NCBI GenBank assembly: GCA_002269645.1
Contig: NIVC01000212.1
Location: 558,001 to 622,000, forward strand
Direction: 5' to 3'
DNA: 64,000 bases
From: Macrostomum lignano
Taxonomy: Eukaryota
A program made the translations under genes and the position numbers. Position 1 is the stretch's first letter. The number at the start of each line of letters is the position of its first letter. Below are positions 43,497 to 56,490 of this stretch, piece after piece. The notes under the pieces are model-generated. The model saw nothing but the letters and a program-made list of their open reading frames with translations. It searched no databases and was not told where the DNA came from.

Positions 43497-43657
43497 GACT
43501 GTCAGTTCCTCAGTTTGACTGGCACGGAATGAAAGTCCTTCATCACAGTGCGACTGTCAGTTCTTCAGTTTGACTGGCACGGAATGAAAGTCCTTCATCA
43601 CAGTGCGACTGTCAGTTCTTCAGTTTGACTGGCACGGAATGAAAGTCCTTCATCACA
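43497..43657. repeat. 55-bp tandem triplication
   Basis: GACTGTCAGTT..CAGTTTGACTGGCACGGAATGAAAGTCCTTCATCACA, three copies. Confidence 0.85.
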
Positions 43658-45181
43658 ATTAGAGTTAAGCTTTATAATATGAATCCGTAAAGTGCAAGTT
43701 TGCTGCAAAGGTAAGTCCAAAGGTAGGTCATAAAGTCTGTTTAGTCTATTTAAAATTAAGCACTGACTATAAAAACTCACTACGGATGGACAAATTCCTC
43801 TGCTGAATTCTGGCAAAGTACATTGTATGCATAATGAATTATACCTGTTAGCAATCCTAGCACGTACTCTTTTAATTACGCTAATGAATTTTCAAGTCTT
43901 TCCAAGACACCACAGATACTATATAACTGTATACTATAGTATTTGTGCAAGACACTTATTTTTACCTGACATGTCGAAAAATTCGAAGTAATCCAACGAT
44001 GCTGCAGTCAGTAATTCTTTTATTTAAACAAATACACGATCACGATCATTGCTGTAAAGCAATCGACACGTTAGATAGTAGCACACTCCATCTATTATGG
44101 TTTCAATTTTGGACAGTACCGTAAAATTACCTGTTCATCCGTGTCACTTTTCGAAGTTGACACAAAAGATTACTGTTAAAATTTTTATTTGTGAAACATA
44201 TTCGAAGTATAGGACAAATCACCAGACAAATATATAGTGGAATCGTGTAAAGTGTACAGTAAGAAAAACGACACTCAATTATCGGCAAACACTCGGTCTA
44301 GGCCCACGAAGGATCAGTAAAAGTCCTTACAAAACTTATCAAAGATTTCGACTCAAAAAACATGATCATGCACGCGGTTATTTCGATCCACACTGCAGCT
44401 GTCATGTCAGCAATTGTTTGCTAGTCGACACAAAAAATGTTAAATGGCGCCGCTAGATAGATAAGACTGAGTCAGACCATTACTGGAAAACTTGTAAAAT
44501 TTTACCAAAGATAAGGGTAACGACGCGACCAACTCAATCAAATACCGGTATAGCTCATTTTGCTTTTTTAGGCGGGCAACCACTCTATTGATATATGCAA
44601 ACGACCAGGTCTTCACCACCAAAACTACTTGAAAAAACTTTTACGTACATGAAGAATTCATGGCATAAGTATGCATAGTGCTATTTCTGTTAGTACCGGC
44701 TCACATTGCCTCTAGCAGCTCCGTACATCAAAGGTTGCTCATGATAGTATTTGAATTTCATTCCTTCTATGTATTTGATGCTAGTAAGTTAGCCAACTAA
44801 ATCACCTCGGTGCCGAATTAAAAGTGAACAGTGAATTTACGAGCTGTATTGTCGCAAGTTGATTGGTTTCAATTAACTACCTGTACATTTTATTGTCCTC
44901 TCGATAAACCATTTACCTGCGAAAGATTTTTTCTGCGTACATAATATAGTGAACACTGGACCCCGCCGTGGCCTTCTCTGCTCGGTCTTATCTCCCCACT
45001 TCACAGTCTGTCTCCAACCTAACCCCAGTTAGTCTCTCCAGCCGCGTGCAGAGTAACAAGTGCAAACTTCATAGCTAGATTTTTTCTATCTATTATAAAC
45101 CCGCAAGCTAAGAGAAGTCACAAACTTTTCAGAGCGCGCAAGTGAGGCTCGTATAGTTAGAGTTTTGTTTTACCAGCAAAA

Positions 45182-46411
45182 ATGGAGGGCACAATGTTTT
45201 TCACACTTCGTCAGGCCAATTGCACGCCGGAGTTTCGTCGGGCAGCCTACAATCCCTCGGACACTGTCCGGGTGACCATCTACAGCTTGACAGTGTTGCA
45301 GGCCGCCATTCTGCCTGTTGGGGCTGCCCTCAACATTGCCTGTTTTGCTACCCTGCTGCGCTATCCACTTGGCGCTGAGGTGAACGGACACTTTGTGAGT
45401 TTCAGCGTCTGCGATACAGCGTTTCTCCTGTTTAATCTGCTCGACACCATCAGCCATTGTGTCGAGAACTCAACACCGTTGACTGACGGTCCGGAACCCT
45501 TCAACTACATTGCCTATGTCCATCCGATTGCGTGGACACTGCGCAGTGTGGTGTACACTGCTCACAGTTGGCAGACGGTGCTGCTCAGCGGCCTCAAATG
45601 GCTACGCATCTGCCGGCCGCTGTCGGCCCTGCCAGAGTCCAGAATTCGCCACCTCATCGGGCTTGTATGGCTGTACAGTCTGGTCACCAGCATTCCACCG
45701 ATTCTGCTGTTCCAAGCATTTGTCACGGTTCTGTATGCCAACTGCCATGACCAGGGCTTTCGGGTCGCCGGCAGCGGTTATCACCGACTCTACAGCATTG
45801 ACAACAGTGGAGACGTCGGTGGCGGCATCATACCGCCCGCCATTCCACCGTCATTTGTCGCCGTGAACGCGTCCTTGCTGCCGGCGCTTATCTGCCTGAT
45901 CTGCAGTCTGGGCATCGTGTGGCGCCTGCGACACCCAGTCCTGCATCATCTACGGCGTCGCCGGCATCTCCGTCGGCAAGAAAACCACTTCCTGGATCCT
46001 GGCGCAGCTCGGCTAGGCCGCGAGGCCACTCGCGCAGTGCTCATGTCGGCTAACAGTTTCCTGCTCTTCCAAATCCCGATGGTTATCTGGACACTGGTGG
46101 ACACCTGGTACTGGAAGCTGCTGCAGCCGGCGGTCTTCTCTATGCTCGTTGTAGTCAGCAACACAATCAGCCAAGCATTCTTTGCGGTGGACCTGTCGGT
46201 GTGTCTTCACAGCAATCACCAGTTTTCTAGCAACCTTCGAAGATACCTGCAGCCGTTTTGCAAGTGCAGAAAGCACTTCAAGCAGCAAAAACAGCAGCAG
46301 AAGCAGTGCAACAAGCAGTTTGAGCTTCGACGACTTCGAGGCTTTTCGGACTGCAATGGCGTGGAAGAGCAGGCCGGGACCTTCTCTATCTGCAGCTCAA
46401 CTCTGATCTGA
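45182..46411 (+). CDS. intronless divergent rhodopsin-class 7TM receptor (peptide-receptor-like), 409 aa
   Basis: Seven hydrophobic segments; TM1 LN, TM2 SVCD, ICL2 ICRPL, TM4 W..S..P, TM6 FLLFQIP; CKC near the C-terminal tail. Confidence 0.75.
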   Translation: MEGTMFFTLRQANCTPEFRRAAYNPSDTVRVTIYSLTVLQAAILPVGAALNIACFATLLRYPLGAEVNGHFVSFSVCDTAFLLFNLLDTISHCVENSTPLTDGPEPFNYIAYVHPIAWTLRSVVYTAHSWQTVLLSGLKWLRICRPLSALPESRIRHLIGLVWLYSLVTSIPPILLFQAFVTVLYANCHDQGFRVAGSGYHRLYSIDNSGDVGGGIIPPAIPPSFVAVNASLLPALICLICSLGIVWRLRHPVLHHLRRRRHLRRQENHFLDPGAARLGREATRAVLMSANSFLLFQIPMVIWTLVDTWYWKLLQPAVFSMLVVVSNTISQAFFAVDLSVCLHSNHQFSSNLRRYLQPFCKCRKHFKQQKQQQKQCNKQFELRRLRGFSDCNGVEEQAGTFSICSSTLI

Positions 46412-46994
46412 AATCTGAGCCTTAGCTACCGGCCTGAAAGATTTCGCAAGTTCTAGGAAATGTTACTGACTTTCTCTGACTGTAAGACAAGGTCTCAAGA
46501 TGAAATATTAGCAATTCTAGTCCAATCAACCCCAAACCAATGCACCATCATATTTCTGTGCCATTTGAAGTTTTTGTTCCAGCCCATGTTTTCTAACGTG
46601 AGCAATGCGTATTGAAACACTGAAAGGTAAATCTGCACATATTGTAAGATTGTAGATTGTCCAGCAAGTTGCAACTATATTTATTATCTTGGGTTTTTGT
46701 AAATTGAATCCATATTATTTGTTGCAGAATAATGCAGCTCTTTATTGTACTCTGAAACAAAAATACACATTCTTAACGTAATATTTTTCAAAAGCTTATG
46801 TTAACGTTACTTTAAATAAAAAAGAGTCACTCTTAAAAACTAGCTATCTTTACGATACGAAGCTATAGAGTAAAATCGTGTAGCACTTTTGACGTCTCGA
46901 ACACTCTCGAGTAATATATACGAGCACAAAGCATTTGCTGCACTAAACCTGTAAAGCAATCTGACGTCACTTTATCACCGACTAGCATTTTTCT

Positions 46995-47200
46995 TCCATT
47001 TCAGCAACAAAATTTCAGCAATTCCCCGTGAGACTTGACATCTCAAAAATACCTCACGAGGATTGAGCCACAGCATTTCTGCGATTCCCTCATGAACCCT
47101 AGACAGCGCAGCAATTACCCTTGAGCCACAGATTTATTCGCTGTTTTTCTCAGCTGTTTCAAGGCCAGGAGCCTTGGCATATTAGCAATTCCCCATGAGT
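46995..47200. repeat. degenerate dispersed repeat, related in reverse orientation to 55890-56490
   Basis: The reverse complement, GAGATGTCAAGTCTCACGGGGAATTGCTGA, resembles GAGATGTCAAGGCTTACGGGG..ATCGCT at ~55910. Confidence 0.5.
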
Positions 47201-48176
47201 CTTTTATGGTTGAACCTTAACTCTAACCTTGACCATTGGAAGCAACATTAGGAGAGGCATTGAAAGTAGTTTTGGTAGGTATTGTAAGTAGACATTCAAG
47301 TAGGTATTCATGGTCTTCAAATTTCAGTACACTACTGACGTTTGCGAGTAGTATGAATTGCGCTTTTAGCGACAAATTTTCCAAAAATTAACGAAAATCT
47401 GCTGGTAACAAGCATCCACTATTTACGAATGACTGAAAGTCGTTATTTTCTATTAGATCATTTTAGACCAGTAGATAGGCCACTTTGTATTGCGACAAAA
47501 GGGAAAGTGCGACCGATGTTTTTCGTCACTTCTGCAAAAAATCGACATGAGTTGCTTAAATTTTGACTTCAGTAGCTTAAGGACATGGACGCTATTTTTT
47601 GAGCATTCGATACATCTTTTTATGAATTAAATAAAAAGCTACTCAATCAAACTAAGAATGATACATGCACCGAAGAGACTACTGACGAAATTGAGTTCAG
47701 TAGTTGATTTTCCCGTTGTCGTGAGTTGCAAATTTTTCACGTTGGCTTCTAATGGCCAAAAAAATGGACAATGAGTGACCCATCGTGTGTATATGCTCTT
47801 TGTGTCATATATGATTACATCAGATTTTGAATATACTCAAAATATGCCATTTAATTCATCATAGTCTATGGTTAATTAAAATGTCCGAGGCGCTGCATTA
47901 ATAGTTTAGGGGTGAGCACTATAGAACTATAGAATCTGAACGAGCAATATTCATTACAGAACTTACAGTTCTGTGATCTTCACCCCGTTGGGAAGGCAAC
48001 AAAAGAGATGAATGAAAGTTTTTTTCGAATAAACAATCCAAACAACAACAACAAAATACATTTTCAGTCAGTCAGCAGACGTCACAGACGTACAAGCAAG
48101 CGCTTGCAGCTCAGTAATATTTTACTTGGTAATCTTCTATGCCTGCCTTTCTGTTTTTTTAAATGTCTCGTTCGAA

Positions 48177-49037
48177 TCATTCGATAGTGAAATTCAGAAA
48201 TGGATCTAAGCATTCGCAGGCTCCGTGATACGAATATGAATTTACATTGTCATACAGAGCCATGTTGCGGATTCTAGCGCGCAATCCAGCATCATTGCCA
48301 TTGTTTGGCTCCCCAGGCCTCCAGAGTCCACCTCTGCCGGTGTCCAGAACCGGCAGCGGCCAGTCGCAGTCCGCCCACGCCCAGCTGCCGTTGGCCAGAT
48401 TCAAGGCGCCAACCCAGATCTGCTGACTGCTAGTAACACCAGTTGACGTCCTCACATCATGGAGCTCCTCGACGCTGCTCAGGTCGGCGAGCTTCGTCAG
48501 CGGCATGGCGGACCCGTCCGAGGTGGTCAGGAAGCTCCGGCAGCTGTCGGCCTGAGCGCTCCAGTCGGCCTCCTGCCCGTTCCCAGCAGCCTTGTACAGC
48601 GAGCCCTTGAAGCGGCTGCCGCTGACGCCGGGCACCCAGCGATAGTCGGCGGGACAGAGCCGGCCCGGCTCGAGACCCTCCGACCGCTTGACGAAGACTC
48701 GAAGCCTCCTGCTGCTGCAGCCGCTGCTCGCCATCAAGCCGGGATCGAGCAGCAGTCGCGAGCTGCAGGCGTCGAAGGCGAACAGCAGGCAGAGCTGTCG
48801 GTCCGAGGCGGCCGCTGCAGCCTCCATGACGAAGGCTCTGCACCTCGGAGCCGCTCCACAGCGAAGCGCACAGGCCGCGATGTCAAGGTCGAGCAGCTGG
48901 TAGTGAGCTGGGGACACGCAGTTGGAGGTGAGGATCGGGTGGAAGGCGACTCGCTGCCTGCAGCAGGCGGCGGGGCGGCTCAGCAGCAGCAGCGGCAGCA
49001 GCAGCAAAGAAATAAACTGGGATTTATGGTGGCTCAT
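48177..49037 (-). CDS. secreted PAN/apple + C-type lectin domain protein
   Basis: Single ORF: Leu-rich signal peptide, PAN pattern (C..RC...PRCRAF...C.L), then CTLD features (W..A..C, LA, WVG, W.W, W..GEPN). Confidence 0.75.
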   Translation of the reverse strand: MSHHKSQFISLLLLPLLLLSRPAACCRQRVAFHPILTSNCVSPAHYQLLDLDIAACALRCGAAPRCRAFVMEAAAAASDRQLCLLFAFDACSSRLLLDPGLMASSGCSSRRLRVFVKRSEGLEPGRLCPADYRWVPGVSGSRFKGSLYKAAGNGQEADWSAQADSCRSFLTTSDGSAMPLTKLADLSSVEELHDVRTSTGVTSSQQIWVGALNLANGSWAWADCDWPLPVLDTGRGGLWRPGEPNNGNDAGLRARIRNMALYDNVNSYSYHGACECLDPFLNFTIE

Positions 49038-49428
49038 GAGAGATGCCTGCAAATCCCGGGGCTAAAGCGATAGCGATGCATTGTAGGAAAAATACAACTT
49101 TTGCTATTAGTAGCGAATAAATTGCTATTATGCAATTGTGATTAAGAATTAAGATACATATATATGTAGCTACTTTTAATTTGACTGACACATGACTGCG
49201 AGTAGCCAATTTGAAAATCCAATTAGTTCCATCTTAATAGAACTGTACAGGTGTGAGCTTTCTCAATACAATGGATTTTTTTCGTAATTTTCTTCACAGA
49301 TACACAAAACTTGGAGTGGAGTCCTAGAGAATTAAAGAAAACCCTGAAACTGCTCAGCCATGCCCAAGCCACAAATTCTATGCGCGCTAGATGGGCCTCT
49401 CCCTTTTGTGTAAAGCCACTTTGCCACT

Positions 49429-50115
49429 GTCTATGGTTGGACTCGGTCTGCCTGCAGTCTTCGCCAGTGTCTATGGTTGGACTCGGTCTGCCTGCAGTCT
49501 TCGCCAGTGTCTATGGTTGGACTCGGTCTGCCTGCAGTCTTCGCCAGTGTCTATGGTTGGACTCGGTCTGCCTGCAGTCTTCGCCAGTGTCTATGGTTGG
49601 ACTCGGTCTGCCTGCAGTCTTCGCCAGTGTCTATGGTTGGACTCGGTCTGCCTGCAGTCTTCGCCAGTGTCTATGGTTGGACTCGGTCTGCCTGCAGTCT
49701 TCGCCAGTGTCTATGGTTGGACTCGGTCTGCCTGCAGTCTTCGCCAGTGTCTATGGTTGGACTCGGTCTGCCTGCAGTCTTCGCCAGTGTCTATGGTTGG
49801 ACTCGGTCTGCCTGCAGTCTTCGCCAGTGTCTATGGTTGGACTCGGTCTGCCTGCAGTCTTCGCCAGTGTCTATGGTTGGACTCGGTCTGCCTGCAGTCT
49901 TCGCCAGTGTCTATGGTTGGACTCGGTCTGCCTGCAGTCTTCGCCAGTGTCTATGGTTGGACTCAGTCTGCCTGCAGTCTTCGCCAGTGTCTATGGTTGG
50001 ACTCGGTCTGCCTGCAGTCTTCGCCAGTGTCTATGGTTGGACTCAGTCTGCCTGCAGTCTTCGCCAGTGTCTATGGTTGGACTCGGTCTGCCTGCAGTCT
50101 TCGCCACTGTCTATG
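49429..50115. repeat. 40-bp highly homogeneous minisatellite, ~17 copies
   Basis: Unit GTCTATGGTTGGACTCGGTCTGCCTGCAGTCTTCGCCAGT. Confidence 0.95.
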
Positions 50116-50670
50116 GTAAGGCACGTACAGTTTCTGTGTCTTGGAGTCTGGTCCTCACGGGTGCGAATCGCATGACAACATCCCCAAGGCCAATATTAGT
50201 GCACACAGGTCGCAAATAAATGTGACCAGAATCCAACCATTGGTCGTGGTGAGTGATTGGACTGATAAACTGTTCTTGCTAAAAAACGGCTTCGGTTACC
50301 GGAGTTCCTTTGTTTTAAACGATTTTATTTGAGTTTTACGTGTAGATTAATTATCGTGATGTTCTAGAAAATGACAGAAGTATAGAAATTCTACTCGTGA
50401 CAAATGTTCTGAGCTTTTTAAGAAGTTCAGACACTCAAATTAACACATGCCCTCCTTTCTCATTGCTGATTTCATTTCGATTTGTCAATTGATTTATCAA
50501 TATTTTATCGAATAATAATTTAATGTCAATCAATTTTTGCTTTATTTTTAAAAAAGTCTGAAATTGCAGTTTTAAATGTTTATCATAGTGTAGCTAAACA
50601 GATTTCGGCTTGTAATTTCCCTTCACACATGCCGCAGTTACTAAAAAGTCGTGGTGACGCCACCAAACTG

Positions 50671-53600
50671 TCAGGAAAGTCTCCTCCCCAACATCAGTGG
50701 AGTTCGCTCCGTGTTTCTCTTCGTCCACACCTTCACCAGCACCCAGTCGCCCTCGCCTGCGCTAGCAACTTTCCTAGCAACCGACGAGAGGCTGTTCATC
50801 TCGCAGTTCACGTAGCAACCGCTGCTTGAAGCTTTCGGTTCTGAATTCAACATGCTCGCCTGACTGATGCTTTCACTGATATCCTGATCTCGGAGATTGC
50901 CGGCTTCGAGTAGAAGTTTTTCTAGCACGTTCTCTTGCGTGATGATGCCTCGAACTCCGTTCGGTGATGTCGGGTCGCTGTCAAGGACAACGGCCATTTG
51001 ACCTGGCAAAATGGGAATAATGGTGGCCTTTTCATGACGAGCAAAGGTTTTTTAGTTTGGTTCACTCTGGTTCACTCTGGTTCACTCTGGTTCACTCTGG
51101 TTCACTCTGGTTCACTCTGGTTCACTCTGGTTCACTCTGGTTCACTCTGGTTCACTCTGGTTCACTCTGGTTCACTCTGGTTCACTCTGGTTCACTCTGG
51201 TTCACTCTGGTTCACTCTGGTTCACTCTGGTTCACTCTGGTTCACTCTGGTTCACTCTGGTTCACTCTGGTTCACTCTGGTTCACTCTGGTTCACTCTGG
51301 TTCACTCTGGTTCACTCTGGTTCACTCTGGTTCACTCTGGTTCACTCTGGTTCACTCTGGTTCACTCTGGTTCCATCCGGTTAACCAATAAATCAATAAA
51401 TGCACTCAACTCTTTCCCTGTCTAAAAATTCTCAACAAATCGTATAGCTGGGCGCTGCTCTTCACGAACGGCATCTCCCGGAAGCACTTCCTGTTGGTCA
51501 TGAGCTCCTGCACCGATGGGCTGGCGGGCGACTCAAACAGCAGCAGCATCTTCACCAGCAGGTGACCACGAATGTCGCCACGATTTTCGCCGTGATAAAC
51601 TGGCACTCTAGAGTGAGCACTCTGCATAATCCGCTGTCGAGTGCTTGAGTCCAAGGTGAGCTCATCAGACAGCATGAACACCTTCTCGATAGGAGTGCAG
51701 GCGTCTCCAGCTGTGACGCTGGTGAGTTCCAGAGCGCCCCGGATGATGGTTACCTTGGGGAGTTGGAGAATTGAATGTTTAAAGCCATGCAGAATAAGAA
51801 GTCTCAGAAGTCGGACACTAAGACACTATTCATTTGAGCTCAAATGCTAAAAACTCGTTTTCAAAGTCATTGACTGACGCCAATTTTTGTGTCAAAATCA
51901 GTCGTGACTTTCTTTGATGGCTTGTCTAGTGTTAGGGGTGAACGAGGTCTTAGTTATAGCTTCTAAATATTTGGTTGTAGACTTGTATGACGTCGCTACG
52001 TAGCTACATGTGATATAACTTTTGACAGGCCTTAATCCTACAAAAGGGAGCAGGTTACAAGTCAATTCCTGAATTTCAAAATGCTTTGTGCACACGTGCC
52101 TGTCAACCAACAGATCGCGTGCTGCCAAATAAAAACACGACGCATTTCTCACCTCGTCTTTTGTCAAAACCGACCGTCTGTGCTGCTCACTCGGTTTTTC
52201 ACCGCTGCCGGTCGGCTCGCTAGAAACCACCATCGAGCTGGTTCGAGACAGACGCGAGGGGCCATGGAAACTGACCAGAGATTTGAGCTCTTCGCGTTTG
52301 AACGCGGTCTCGTGGTCGGTGCCCAGAATGCAGTCGAGCAGTTTGGATATGGGAAACGCAATCGGGGACATCACGGCCATGAAGGCGTACACTATGCTGG
52401 AGGGTGAGGCGGTTTTTTGAGAAGGTTTTCTTCAGTAGATTGACGTAATATATTGGAAATCTGAAAATGGTGAATCAATACATGACACGCATCGGTCACT
52501 TCCTTTGTTACATTCCATATCACATTTATTTCAGTTCTTAGTTCTCCCTGGCACACTCCTCTCCCTGTCACACTCCTCTCCTTGTAACAATCTTCTCCCT
52601 GTAACACTCCTCTCCTCTGTAACACTCCTCTCCTCTGTAACACTCCTCTCCTTTGTAACACTCCTCTCCTCTGTAACACTCCTCTCCTCTGTAACACTCC
52701 TCTCCCTGTAACACTCTTCTCCTCTGTAACAATCTTCTCCCTGTAACACTCCTCTCCTCTGTAACACTCCTCTCCTCTGTAACACTCCTCTCCTCTGTAA
52801 CACTCCTCTCCCTGTAACACTCTTCTCCTCTGTAACAATCTTCTCCCTGTAACACTCCTCTCCCTGTCACACTCCTCTCCCTGTCACACTCCTCTCCTTG
52901 TAACAATCTTCTCCCTGTAACACTCCTCTCCTCTGTAACACTCCTCTCCTCTGTAACACTCCTCTCCTTTGTAACACTCCTCTCCTCTGTAACACTCCTC
53001 TCCTCTGTAACACTCCTCTCCCTGTAACACTCCTCTCCTTTGTAACACTCCTCTCCTCTGTAACACTCCTCTCCTCTGTAACACTCCTCTCCTCTGTAAC
53101 ACTCCTCTCCCTGTAACACTCTTCTCCTCTGTAACAATCTTCTCCCTGTAACACTCCTCTCCCTGTCACACTCCTCTCCCTGTCACACTCCTCTCCTTGT
53201 AACAATCTTCTCCCTGTAACACTCCTCTCCTCTGTAACACTCCTCTCCTCTGTAACACTCCTCTCCTTTGTAACACTCCTCTCCTCTGTAACACTCCTCT
53301 CCTCTGTAACACTCCTCTCCCTGTAACACTCTTCTCCTCTGTAACAATCTTCTCCCTGTAACACTCCTCTCCTCTGTAACACTCCTCTCCTCTGTAACAC
53401 TCCTCTCCTCTGTAACACTCCTCTCCTCTGTAACACTCCTCTCCCTGTCAAACCCCTCTTCTTGTAACACTCCTCTCTCATGTCAACCTTCCCTACCTAC
53501 CAGTCACCAGTCAGAGAGTGTCAAAGGCAATCATGGAAAATTTCAACTCACGGAGAGCAATAGTACCCGATCATTAATCCATATCTGGTGCACAGAGCTT

Positions 53601-55043
53601 GCGGAATGACTCTGAAAAAGTCGACAAAGTTTTTTATTTTATACTTTTACAATATATAACTACTGGCAGTAGCAAGAATAAAAAGCAAAACTTACTCTCC
53701 AAAAAACAGCACAGCCGTGACAGAGACAAGGAGAGCAGTCACTGGATCGGAAACCCGATCTAAAAATAATGGCATGGCCTCGACGCAAGCCGCGTTGCCT
53801 AGCAACAGAGTCACCAGCAGCCAGTGATGCTGCTTGATGATGGGGAAGAGACGCTTGGCAAAACGTTTCGTCTCGCCTGTGCCAGAATCGCTGAGCACTT
53901 TTAAGCTGAGCAGGTCGAGACTCAGCAGGCCTATGGTTAGGCCGCTCATTAGGCCTGTGTTTGGGTGTTCGGTTGCAGGTAAGAGAGTTGCAAAAAGCGC
54001 AGAGGTTTGGTGGCTAACAGTAGGAGCATTGCATGTGAGGGATCGTCGGTTCCTGGTAGTTGAACCGTAAAATTACTTTATGACTCAAGACTCATGACTC
54101 AAGTGGCCTTTGTTTTGATGCAATGCAATTAAGAGAGTTGTAGAAAATATAGTTAGAAGTATAACCTTTGCTTTGCTATCTGCATACATTTTTGTTAAGA
54201 CTAGTTTATCTAGGAACAAGTATAGGTATCTAATTTACAATCACTTAAAGTCCGACAGATGCTCAGCGACCGGTAATGTCATTACACAAAGATAGGTAGG
54301 AAAAATTCTCGAAAAGAAAAAAAACAATAAATTAGATAGGACAGATCGCTAAAGACAGGTAAGGACAGATCACTAAAGACAGTTAAGGACAGATCGCTAA
54401 AGACAGGTAAGGACAGATCACTAAAGACAGTTAAGGACAGATCGCTAAAGACAGGTAAGATCAGATCGCTAAAGACAGGTAAGGACAGATCACTAAAGAC
54501 AGATAAGGAGTAAGGACAGATCGCTAAAGACAGGTGAGATCAGATCGCTAAAGACAGGTAAGGACAGATCGCTAAAGACAGGTAAGGACAGGTCGTCAAA
54601 GACAGGTACGGACAGATCGCTAAAGACAGGTAAGGACAGGTCGTCAAAGACAGGTAAGGACAGATCGCTAAAGACAGGTAAGGACAGGTCGTCAAAGACA
54701 GGTAAGGACAGATCGCTAAAGACAGGTGAGGACAGGTCGCCAAAGACAGGTAAGGACAGATCGCTAAAGACAGGTAAGGACAGGTCGCCAAAGACAGGTA
54801 AGGACAGATCGCTAAAGACAGGTAAGGACAGGTCGCCAAAGACAGGTAAGGACAGATCACTAAAGACAGGTAAGGATAGATCGGCAACTTACCAGCTCCA
54901 AGTACTAGCAGAGCATAAATGCACAGGTAAATCCAGAACAATGCATCCTCTGGTTTAGCCTTGTGATCGGCAAGGTGATACTGGGTGCCGTTGCACAGCA
55001 GGTCATTCTCAGATAAAATCAAACAGTTGATGAAGTCCGACAT
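50671..55043 (-). CDS. CNNM: CNNM/CorB-family metal transporter (DUF21 + CBS pair)
   Basis: Phase-compatible exons: 55043-54893, 53954-53696, 53611-53552, 52396-52153, 51753-51411 and 51002-50671. Motifs: LMSGLTIGLLSLD, LLVTLLLGN...EAMP, FGEVIPQA.C.RYGL, FKREELK, HSRVPVY, LLVK, GKSQMAVV and GIIT.E.VLE. The N- and C-terminal limits are less certain. Confidence 0.9.
51058..51372. repeat. perfect 10-bp repeat (TTCACTCTGG)n in CNNM intron 5
   Basis: Directly visible; about 31 copies. Confidence 0.95.
52545..53480. repeat. 18-bp-based minisatellite (GTAACACTCCTCTCCTCT) in CNNM intron 3
   Basis: Directly visible. Confidence 0.92.
54335..54880. repeat. 24-bp minisatellite (GACAGATCGCTAAAGACAGGTAAG) in CNNM intron 1
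   Basis: Directly visible. Confidence 0.92.
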
Positions 55044-55889
55044 ACTCTTGCTCAGTGCTTCGCTTTTGTGTACAATACAGGTTAACCAACAAATCGATGG
55101 CCTCTATAGCAATTGTATCAGCAGTCTATAAATGTCTCGAGAACCAGATCAGGGTCAGAAATATCTTGTTATAAAATAACAATTAGGCTGCTTCATAAAT
55201 GCGACCGTTAATTTATACAGAAAACTTACTTCTCAGATTATCAGGAACATTATAGCTTCCCTGTACATGTAGAACATAGAGATATACTCTGCCACCAGTG
55301 AACTGGACATCTTACACAGGGTGATAGTCATGACCTATATTTTATCAACACAACAAGTGATCGATAGGTTAACTCTTTATACTCAATTATTGTCTCTGTA
55401 ATCTACACAGTTACAGGTCATTTTAGCTACCTGGTTTATACATACAACTTTTCAGATTCTTATCGCGATCATATATATCAGGCTTGCCAAATCCGGTGTT
55501 TCTTAGATTATTATGTGTAGCGAGTATTTATCACACAGATTACTACGCTATAATATAGGACCCTATAGGGGTTATCGCAGTGCGTGTTTATATAGGACAA
55601 TGCCGTAAACAACTGTTATATATATGCACGCGGTTCACGTGTGACGGAAGTTTCATAAGGCCTAGAGATCGGCTTAATCTGGCTTAAGTTGCAGAAGAAG
55701 AATTAAAAATAAAATAATCGCTATGTCAGTCTAAAAGAAGAGTCCTGTAATACATAAAGAAGTGTCATGTCAGACATAAAAGAAATGTAATGTAAACAAG
55801 GAAGAAGCGTTATGTAAAACATAAATAAAGCGTCACATTAAGCTCTGCTGCAATTTTTGGTTAGAATTTTAAGATGGCAAAGCTTATGG

Positions 55890-56490
55890 GATTATGAGGG
55901 TAATTAGTGAGATGTCAAGGCTTACGGGGGAAATCGCTAGCTGGGATGTCAAGGCTTCACGGGCTAAATTGCTGAGATTTCAGCCTTTGGGGGAATTTAT
56001 TAAATGTCATGGCTATGGTCAAAAGCTACACGAGCGTTCATGTAGTTTATTCAAAAAAATTAATTAAAATTTGAAATTTGAAAAGGAATAATGGCACTAG
56101 ATAAGAAAGGAGTTATTGCACTAGCTGAGGAAATTGTTGCACTATCTTGCTGGGGGGGGTGCTTTCTAAGCGGGATGCTTGCTTTCGGGGGGATGTTTGC
56201 TATCGGGGGATGTCTGCTATCGGTGGGATGCTTGCTATCAGGGGGATGCTTGCTATCGGGGGATGCTTGCTATCGGGGGATGCTTGCTATCGGGGGATCG
56301 ATGCTTGCTATCGGGGGGATGCTAGGAGGTATCTGGGGTTGCTAAATTGCTATATTGGGGAAAGGCTTTGGGTAGAATTTTTGAGATGCCAAGGCTTATA
56401 GGGTAATTGCTGAGATATCAAGGCTTGGGGGAATTGCTGATCAGATTTCAAGGCTTGGGGGGAATTGCTAAAGATATAAAGGCTGAGGTT
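55890..56490. repeat. degenerate G-rich repeats (GATGTCAAGGCTT..GGG and GGGATGCTTGCTATCGGG)
   Basis: Directly visible; may be transposon subterminal repeats. Confidence 0.6.

Noticed and set aside
43497-43657. 55-bp triplication as a hammerhead ribozyme
   Set aside because: The reverse strand has TGATGA but no correctly placed CUGANGA/GAAA core.
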